64,000 nucleotides of DNA, taken from the NCBI RefSeq assembly GCF_054482595.1, contig NZ_CM137008.1; one strand, 5' to 3'. This document shows, in pieces, positions 56,746 through 64,000 of the stretch. The position numbers and the translations under genes are program-made. How positions within the stretch are numbered: position 1 is the first letter of the stretch; each line of letters begins with the position of its first letter. A model generated the notes under the pieces. It searched no databases. It worked only from the letters and a program-made list of their open reading frames with translations, and was not told the origin of the DNA.

Positions 56746-57920
56746 GCGTAATCATCGTCGGTGGCGGCATGGCGGGCGCGACGCTGGCGCTGGCTATTTC
56801 CCGGTTAAGTCACGGGGCGCTGCCGGTACATTTGATTGAAGCGACCGCGCCAGAGTCACATGCTCATCCGGGCTTTGATGGGCGAGCGATTGCGCTGGCG
56901 GCGGGTACCTGTCAGCAACTGGCGCGCATTGGCGTCTGGCAATCTCTGGCGGATTGCGCAACCGCCATCACTACCGTGCATGTCAGCGATCGTGGTCATG
57001 CCGGATTCGTCACCCTCGCCGCAGAAGATTACCAACTGGCGGCGCTGGGGCAGGTTGTCGAATTGCACAATGTCGGGCAACGGCTGTTTGCATTGCTGCG
57101 CAAAGCACCTGGCGTAACGCTGCATTGCCCGGATCGCGTGGCTAACGTTGCCCGTACTCAGAGTCATGTTGAAGTGACGCTGGAGTGTGGCGAGACGCTG
57201 ACGGGCCGCGTGCTGGTAGCCGCTGATGGCACCCATTCAGCGTTAGCCACTGTGTGCGGCGTTGACTGGCAGCAGGAGCCTTACGAACAACTGGCTGTGA
57301 TTGCCAACGTTGCGACTTCCGTTGCGCATGAAGGGCGCGCTTTTGAACGCTTTACGCAACATGGCCCGCTGGCGATGTTGCCGATGTCTGACGGACGCTG
57401 TTCGCTGGTCTGGTGTCATCCACTGGAACGGCGCGAAGAGGTGCTGTCGTGGAGCGACGAGAAGTTTTGCCGTGAACTCCAGTCGGCCTTTGGCTGGCGA
57501 CTTGGGAAAATTACCCACGCTGGTAAACGCAGTGCTTATCCGCTGGCGTTAACCCACGCCGCCAGATCTATTACCCATCGTACCGTGCTGGTGGGCAATG
57601 CGGCGCAAACCCTGCACCCGATTGCCGGGCAAGGGTTCAACCTCGGTATGCGAGATGTCATGAGTCTTGCGGAAACCCTGACTCAGGCGCAGGAGCGCCG
57701 AGAAGACATGGGTGATTACGGCGTCTTGTGCCGTTATCAGCAGCGTCGACAGAGCGATCGCGAAGCAACCATTGGCGTCACGGACAGCCTTGTACATCTT
57801 TTTGCCAACCGTTGGACGCCGCTGGTTGTCGGGCGCAACATCGGGCTGATGACGATGGAATTATTCACCCCGGCACGCGATGTGCTGGCGCAGCGCACCC
57901 TCGGTTGGGTGGCGCGTTGA
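56742..57920 (+). CDS. ubiH: 2-octaprenyl-6-methoxyphenol hydroxylase
   Basis: 392-aa ORF with FAD motif (VIIVGGGMAGATLA); 4-bp overlap with pepP. Confidence 0.95.
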   Translation: MSVIIVGGGMAGATLALAISRLSHGALPVHLIEATAPESHAHPGFDGRAIALAAGTCQQLARIGVWQSLADCATAITTVHVSDRGHAGFVTLAAEDYQLAALGQVVELHNVGQRLFALLRKAPGVTLHCPDRVANVARTQSHVEVTLECGETLTGRVLVAADGTHSALATVCGVDWQQEPYEQLAVIANVATSVAHEGRAFERFTQHGPLAMLPMSDGRCSLVWCHPLERREEVLSWSDEKFCRELQSAFGWRLGKITHAGKRSAYPLALTHAARSITHRTVLVGNAAQTLHPIAGQGFNLGMRDVMSLAETLTQAQERREDMGDYGVLCRYQQRRQSDREATIGVTDSLVHLFANRWTPLVVGRNIGLMTMELFTPARDVLAQRTLGWVAR

Positions 57921-57942
57921 AGGCGGTTTTAAGGAATAAACA

Positions 57943-59145
57943 ATGCAAAGTGTTGATGTAGCCATTGTTGGCGGCGGCATGGTGGGGCTGGCGGTTGCCT
58001 GCGGCTTACAGGGTAGCGGCTTACGCGTTGCCGTACTGGAGCAGCGCGTACCGGAACCTCTGGCGGCGGATGCTCCACCACAACTGCGCGTTTCGGCTAT
58101 CAATGCCGCCAGCGAAAAATTACTCACCCGTCTTGGTGTCTGGCAGGACATTATCTCCCGTAGAGCCAGTTGCTATCACGGTATGGAAGTGTGGGACAAA
58201 GACAGTTTTGGTCACATTTCGTTTGACGATCAAAGCATGGGCTATAGCCATCTTGGGCATATCGTTGAAAACTCAGTGATTCACTACGCGCTGTGGAACA
58301 AAGCGCATCAGTCGTCAGATATCACTCTGTTGGCCCCCGCAGAATTACAGCAGGTCGCCTGGGGAGAAAACGAAACCTTCCTGACGCTGAAAGATGGCAG
58401 TATGTTAACGGCGCGTCTGGTGATTGGCGCGGACGGCGCTAATTCCTGGTTGCGCAACAAAGCCGATATTCCGCTGACTTTCTGGGATTATCAGCATCAC
58501 GCGCTGGTAGCGACCATACGCACGGAAGAACCGCATGAAGCTGTGGCGCGGCAGGTTTTCCACGGCGAAGGCATTCTGGCCTTTTTGCCGCTTAGCGATC
58601 CGCATCTTTGCTCGATTGTCTGGTCCCTATCGCCAGAGGAAGCGCAGCGGATGCAGCAGGCAGGGGAAGACGAATTTAATCGCGCGTTAAATATCGCTTT
58701 TGATAATCGCCTTGGCTTATGCAAGGTTGAGAGCGAGCGTCAGGTGTTCCCGCTGACGGGGCGTTATGCGCGCCAGTTTGCCGCACACCGTCTGGCGCTG
58801 GTGGGCGACGCCGCGCATACCATTCACCCGCTGGCGGGGCAGGGCGTTAATCTCGGCTTTATGGACGCCGCAGAGCTGATTGCTGAACTGAAACGGTTGC
58901 ATCGTCAGGGTAAAGACATCGGGCAGTACATTTACCTGCGCCGCTATGAACGTAGCCGCAAGCACAGCGCGGCGCTGATGCTGGCTGGTATGCAGGGATT
59001 CCGCGATCTGTTTTCCGGTACCAATCCGGCGAAAAAACTGCTGCGTGATATTGGTTTGAAACTGGCCGACACGCTTCCTGGCGTTAAGCCACAACTTATC
59101 CGTCAGGCAATGGGATTAAACGATTTGCCTGAATGGCTGCGTTAA
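57943..59145 (+). CDS. ubiI: 2-octaprenylphenol hydroxylase UbiI (VisC)
   Basis: 400-aa ORF with FAD motif (VAIVGGGMVGLAVA). Confidence 0.95.
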   Translation: MQSVDVAIVGGGMVGLAVACGLQGSGLRVAVLEQRVPEPLAADAPPQLRVSAINAASEKLLTRLGVWQDIISRRASCYHGMEVWDKDSFGHISFDDQSMGYSHLGHIVENSVIHYALWNKAHQSSDITLLAPAELQQVAWGENETFLTLKDGSMLTARLVIGADGANSWLRNKADIPLTFWDYQHHALVATIRTEEPHEAVARQVFHGEGILAFLPLSDPHLCSIVWSLSPEEAQRMQQAGEDEFNRALNIAFDNRLGLCKVESERQVFPLTGRYARQFAAHRLALVGDAAHTIHPLAGQGVNLGFMDAAELIAELKRLHRQGKDIGQYIYLRRYERSRKHSAALMLAGMQGFRDLFSGTNPAKKLLRDIGLKLADTLPGVKPQLIRQAMGLNDLPEWLR

Positions 59146-59187
59146 AAATTTCTCTTCTGCTGTTTATTTGATACGCATCACACTTTC

Positions 59188-59216
59188 ATCTCCCGGTTTT
59201 TTCGCCGGGAGATTTT
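59188..59216 (+). terminator. Putative terminator after ubiI
   Basis: atctcccgg-N8-ccgggagat followed by TTT. Confidence 0.45.
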
Positions 59217-59229
59217 CCTCATTTGAAAT

Positions 59230-59592
59230 AAACTAATTTCACCTCCGTTTTCGCATTATATTTTCTAATGCCATGATTTTTTGATTTAGTGTTTTTTGAC
59301 ATTTTTTTAGCTCTTAATATTGTCTTATTCAAATTGACTTTCTCATCACATCATCTTTGTATAGAAACTGGTGTGTTTTTTGGTTTTTTATTCTGTCGCG
59401 ATTTTTGCATTTTTTAACCATAAGCTAATGTGATGATCAATTTTACCTTATGGTTAACAGTCTGTTTCGGTGGTAAGTTCAGGCAAAAGAGAACGATTGC
59501 GTTGGGGACCGGGAGTGGCTCCGATGCTGGGTTTTGTGGTGATAATTTCACCATGAAAAAGTTGTCAGCCCCGCTTATTCAATGAGGACAAG
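59230..59592 (+). promoter_or_regulatory. gcvTHP promoter / upstream regulatory region
   Basis: About 360-bp AT-rich region with long T tracts upstream of gcvT; known target region for GcvA, Lrp, CRP and PurR; individual sites not resolved. Confidence 0.5.
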
Positions 59593-60687
59593 ATGGCACA
59601 ACAGACTCCTTTGTACGAACAACACACGCTTTGCGGCGCTCGCATGGTGGATTTCCACGGCTGGATGATGCCGCTGCATTACGGTTCGCAAATCGACGAA
59701 CATCATGCGGTACGTACCGATGCCGGAATGTTTGATGTGTCGCATATGACCATCGTCGATCTCCGCGGCAGCCGCACCCGGGAGTTTCTGCGTTATCTGC
59801 TGGCGAACGATGTGGCGAAGCTCACCAAAAGCGGCAAAGCCCTTTACTCGGGGATGTTGAATGCCTCTGGCGGTGTGATAGATGACCTCATCGTCTACTA
59901 CTTTACTGAAGATTTCTTCCGCCTCGTTGTTAACTCCGCCACCCGCGAAAAAGACCTCTCCTGGATTACCCAACACGCTGAACCTTTCGGCATCGAAATT
60001 ACCGTTCGTGATGACCTTTCCATGATCGCCGTACAAGGGCCGAATGCGCAGGCTAAAGCTGCCACACTGTTTAATGACGCCCAGCGTCAGGCGGTGGAAG
60101 GGATGAAACCGTTCTTTGGCGTGCAGGCGGGCGATCTGTTTATTGCCACCACTGGTTATACCGGTGAAGCGGGCTACGAAATTGCGCTGCCCAATGAAAA
60201 AGCGGCGGATTTCTGGCGCGCGCTGGTGGAAGCGGGCGTTAAGCCATGCGGCCTGGGCGCGCGTGACACGCTGCGTCTGGAAGCGGGTATGAATCTTTAT
60301 AGTCAGGAGATGGACGAAACCATCTCTCCTTTAGCCGCCAATATGGGCTGGACTATCGCCTGGGAACCGGCAGATCGTGACTTCATCGGTCGTGAAGCCC
60401 TGGAAGTGCAGCGTGAGCATGGTACAGAAAAACTGGTTGGTCTGGTGATGACCGAAAAAGGCGTGCTGCGTAATGAACTGCCGGTACGTTTTACCGATGC
60501 GCAGGGCAACCAGCATGAAGGCATTATCACCAGCGGGACTTTCTCCCCGACGCTGGGTTACAGCATTGCGCTGGCGCGCGTGCCGGAAGGTATTGGTGAA
60601 ACAGCGATTGTGCAAATTCGCAACCGTGAAATGCCGGTTAAAGTGACGAAACCTGTTTTTGTGCGTAACGGCAAAGCCGTCGCGTGA
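59593..60687 (+). CDS. gcvT: Glycine cleavage system T protein (aminomethyltransferase)
   Basis: 364-aa ORF matching GcvT. Confidence 0.97.
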
Positions 60688-60710
60688 TTTACTTTTTTGG
60701 AGATTGATTG

Positions 60711-61100
60711 ATGAGCAACGTACCAGCAGAACTGAAATACAGCAAAGAACACGAATGGCTGCGTAAAGAAGCCGACGGCACTTACACCGTTGGCATCACT
60801 GAACACGCTCAGGAGCTGTTAGGCGATATGGTGTTTGTTGACCTGCCGGAAGTGGGCGCGACGGTTAGCGCGGGCGATGACTGCGCGGTTGCCGAATCGG
60901 TAAAAGCGGCGTCAGACATTTATGCGCCAGTAAGCGGTGAAATCGTGGCGGTAAACGACGTACTGAGCGATTCCCCGGAACTGGTGAACAGCGAACCGTA
61001 TGCAGGCGGCTGGATTTTCAAAATCAAAGCCAGCGATGAAAGCGAACTGGAATCACTGCTGGATGCGACCGCATACGAAGCATTGTTAGAAGACGAGTAA
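60711..61100 (+). CDS. gcvH: Glycine cleavage system H protein
   Basis: ORF 60708..61100; start at ATG 60711 ([23 protein letters not shown]...); lipoyl-lysine motif ESVKAAS. Confidence 0.97.
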   Translation: MSNVPAELKYSKEHEWLRKEADGTYTVGITEHAQELLGDMVFVDLPEVGATVSAGDDCAVAESVKAASDIYAPVSGEIVAVNDVLSDSPELVNSEPYAGGWIFKIKASDESELESLLDATAYEALLEDE

Positions 61101-61217
61101 CGGCTTTATTCCTCTTCTGCGGGAGAGGATCAGGGTGAGGAAATTTACGCCTCACCCTCACTCTCTTCGTAAGGAGAGAGGTTCACAATTCACTGCACGT
61201 TTCAGGAACCATCGCTC

Positions 61218-64000
61218 ATGACACAGACGTTAAGCCAGCTTGAAAATAGCGGCGCTTTTATTGAACGCCATATCGGACCGGACGCCGCGCAACAGCAAGA
61301 AATGCTGAATGCCGTTGGCGCACAATCGTTAAACGCGCTGACCGGCCAGATTGTACCGAAAGATATTCAGCTTGCGACCCCGCCGCAGGTTGGCGCACCG
61401 GCGACCGAATACGCCGCGCTGGCGGAACTCAAGGCTATTGCCAGTCGCAATAAACGCTTCACGTCTTACATCGGCATGGGTTACACCGCCGTGCAGTTAC
61501 CGCCGGTTATCCTGCGTAACATGCTGGAAAATCCGGGCTGGTATACCGCGTATACTCCGTATCAACCTGAAGTCTCGCAGGGCCGCCTTGAGGCACTGCT
61601 CAATTTCCAGCAGGTAACGCTGGATTTAACCGGGCTGGATATGGCCTCTGCTTCTCTTCTTGACGAAGCCACCGCTGCCGCCGAAGCAATGGCGATGGCG
61701 AAACGCGTCAGCAAACTGAAAAATGCCAACCGCTTCTTCGTGGCTTCCGATGTGCATCCGCAAACGCTGGATGTGGTCCGTACTCGTGCCGAAACCTTTG
61801 GTTTTGAAGTGATTGTCGATGATGCGCAAAAAGTGCTCGACCATCAGGACGTCTTCGGCGTGCTGTTACAGCAGGTTGGCACTACCGGTGAAATTCACGA
61901 CTACACTGCGCTTATCAGCGAACTGAAATCACGCAAAATTGTGGTCAGCGTTGCCGCTGATATTATGGCGCTGGTGCTGTTAACTGCGCCGGGTAAACAG
62001 GGCGCGGATATTGTTTTTGGTTCGGCGCAACGCTTTGGCGTACCGATGGGTTACGGTGGCCCACACGCGGCATTCTTTGCGGCGAAAGACGAATACAAAC
62101 GCTCAATGCCAGGCCGTATTATCGGTGTATCGAAAGATGCAGCTGGCAATACCGCGCTGCGCATGGCGATGCAGACTCGCGAGCAACATATTCGTCGTGA
62201 GAAAGCGAACTCCAACATTTGTACTTCCCAGGTGCTGCTGGCAAACATCGCCAGCCTGTATGCCGTTTATCACGGCCCGATTGGCCTGAAACGTATCGCT
62301 AACCGCATTCACCGTCTGACCGATATCCTGGCGGCAGGCCTGCAACAAAAAGGTCTGAAGCTGCGCCATGCGCACTATTTCGACACTCTGTGTGTGGAAG
62401 TGGCCGACAAGGCGGGCGTACTGGCGCGTGCCGAAGCGGCTGAAATCAACCTGCGTAGCGATATCCTGAACGCGGTGGGGATCACCCTTGATGAAACCAC
62501 CACGCGCGAAAACGTGATGCAGCTTTTCAGCGTACTATTGGGGGATAATCACGGGCTGGACATCGACACGCTGGACAAAGACGTGGCTCACGACAGCCGC
62601 TCTATCCAGCCTGCGATGCTGCGCGACGACGAAATCCTCACCCATCCGGTGTTTAATCGCTACCACAGCGAAACCGAAATGATGCGCTATATGCACTCGC
62701 TGGAGCGTAAAGATCTGGCGCTGAATCAGGCGATGATCCCGCTGGGTTCCTGCACCATGAAACTGAACGCCGCCGCCGAGATGATCCCAATCACCTGGCC
62801 GGAATTTGCCGAACTGCATCCGTTCTGCCCGCCGGAGCAGGCCGAAGGTTATCAGCAGATGATTGCGCAGCTGGCTGACTGGCTGGTGAAACTGACCGGT
62901 TACGACGCCGTTTGTATGCAGCCGAACTCTGGCGCACAGGGCGAATACGCGGGCCTGTTGGCGATTCGTCATTATCATGAAAGCCGCAACGAAGGGCATC
63001 GCGATATCTGCCTGATCCCGGCTTCTGCGCACGGCACTAACCCTGCTTCTGCACATATGGCAGGAATGCAGGTGGTGGTTGTGGCATGTGATAAAAACGG
63101 CAACATCGATCTGGCTGATCTGCGCGCGAAAGCGGAACAGGCGGGCGATAACCTCTCCTGTATCATGGTGACCTATCCTTCCACCCACGGCGTGTATGAA
63201 GAAACGATCCGTGAAGTGTGTGAAGTCGTGCATCAGTTCGGCGGTCAGGTTTACCTTGATGGCGCGAACATGAACGCCCAGGTTGGCATCACCTCGCCGG
63301 GCTTTATTGGCGCAGACGTTTCACACCTTAACCTGCATAAAACTTTCTGCATTCCGCACGGCGGTGGTGGTCCGGGTATGGGACCGATCGGCGTGAAAGC
63401 GCATCTGGCTCCGTTTGTACCGGGTCATAGCGTGGTGCAAATCGAAGGCATGTTAACCCGTCAGGGCGCGGTTTCTGCGGCACCGTTCGGTAGCGCCTCT
63501 ATCCTGCCAATCAGCTGGATGTACATCCGCATGATGGGCGCAGAAGGGCTGAAAAAAGCAAGCCAGGTGGCAATCCTCAACGCCAACTATATTGCCAGCC
63601 GCCTGCAGGATGCCTTCCCAGTGCTGTATACCGGTCGCGACGGTCGCGTGGCGCACGAATGTATTCTCGATATTCGCCCGCTGAAAGAAGAAACCGGCAT
63701 CAGCGAGCTGGATATTGCCAAGCGCCTGATCGACTACGGTTTCCACGCGCCGACGATGTCGTTCCCGGTGGCGGGTACGCTGATGGTTGAACCGACTGAA
63801 TCTGAAAGCAAAGTGGAACTGGATCGCTTTATCGACGCGATGCTGGCTATCCGCGCAGAAATTGACCAGGTGAAAGCCGGTGTCTGGCCGCTGGAAGATA
63901 ACCCGCTGGTGAACGCGCCGCACATTCAGAGCGAACTGGTCGCCGAGTGGGCGCATCCGTACAGCCGTGAAGTTGCGGTATTCCCGGCAGGCGTGGCAGA
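61218..64000 (+). CDS. gcvP: Glycine dehydrogenase (decarboxylating) P protein, truncated by window end
   Basis: Open frame from ATG 61218 ([34 protein letters not shown]...) to the window edge; absent from the ORF track because there is no stop in the window. Confidence 0.95.
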   Translation, partial: MTQTLSQLENSGAFIERHIGPDAAQQQEMLNAVGAQSLNALTGQIVPKDIQLATPPQVGAPATEYAALAELKAIASRNKRFTSYIGMGYTAVQLPPVILRNMLENPGWYTAYTPYQPEVSQGRLEALLNFQQVTLDLTGLDMASASLLDEATAAAEAMAMAKRVSKLKNANRFFVASDVHPQTLDVVRTRAETFGFEVIVDDAQKVLDHQDVFGVLLQQVGTTGEIHDYTALISELKSRKIVVSVAADIMALVLLTAPGKQGADIVFGSAQRFGVPMGYGGPHAAFFAAKDEYKRSMPGRIIGVSKDAAGNTALRMAMQTREQHIRREKANSNICTSQVLLANIASLYAVYHGPIGLKRIANRIHRLTDILAAGLQQKGLKLRHAHYFDTLCVEVADKAGVLARAEAAEINLRSDILNAVGITLDETTTRENVMQLFSVLLGDNHGLDIDTLDKDVAHDSRSIQPAMLRDDEILTHPVFNRYHSETEMMRYMHSLERKDLALNQAMIPLGSCTMKLNAAAEMIPITWPEFAELHPFCPPEQAEGYQQMIAQLADWLVKLTGYDAVCMQPNSGAQGEYAGLLAIRHYHESRNEGHRDICLIPASAHGTNPASAHMAGMQVVVVACDKNGNIDLADLRAKAEQAGDNLSCIMVTYPSTHGVYEETIREVCEVVHQFGGQVYLDGANMNAQVGITSPGFIGADVSHLNLHKTFCIPHGGGGPGMGPIGVKAHLAPFVPGHSVVQIEGMLTRQGAVSAAPFGSASILPISWMYIRMMGAEGLKKASQVAILNANYIASRLQDAFPVLYTGRDGRVAHECILDIRPLKEETGISELDIAKRLIDYGFHAPTMSFPVAGTLMVEPTESESKVELDRFIDAMLAIRAEIDQVKAGVWPLEDNPLVNAPHIQSELVAEWAHPYSREVAVFPAGVA

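Overview
This 64-kb window reads as Escherichia coli chromosome, the nupG-mltC-mutY ... serA-ssrS-gcvTHP segment, in reverse-complement orientation relative to K-12 MG1655. All identifications come from reading the ORF translations and the DNA; no database search was run, and every comparison to K-12 is from memory. Most of the window is conserved housekeeping: mutY/yggX/mltC, trmB, ansB, hemW/rdgB/yggSTU, ruvX, gshB, endA, galP, metK, speAB, tktA, epd-pgk-fbaA, mscS, argO, the sbm-argK-scpBC operon, argP, rpiA, serA, 6S RNA, zapA, pepP, ubiHI and gcvTHP (gcvP truncated at the window end; nupG truncated at the start). Three loci look strain-variable. (1) A roughly 3-kb island between argP and rpiA carries a LysR regulator divergent from a three-gene operon: an AzoR-like FMN reductase, a secreted DUF1471 protein, and a NOX/ferric-reductase-like membrane flavocytochrome. 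This is the best candidate for an undescribed system. (2) A lipoprotein gene bracketed by two intrinsic terminators sits between speA and speB. (3) The sib/ibs type I toxin-antitoxin locus between serA and ygfA is tandemly duplicated, with two 19-codon toxin ORFs too short for the ORF track. No rRNA, tRNA, CRISPR array, transposase or integrase was found. REP/BIME elements are frequent in intergenic regions. Regulatory-site and sRNA boundaries are approximate.
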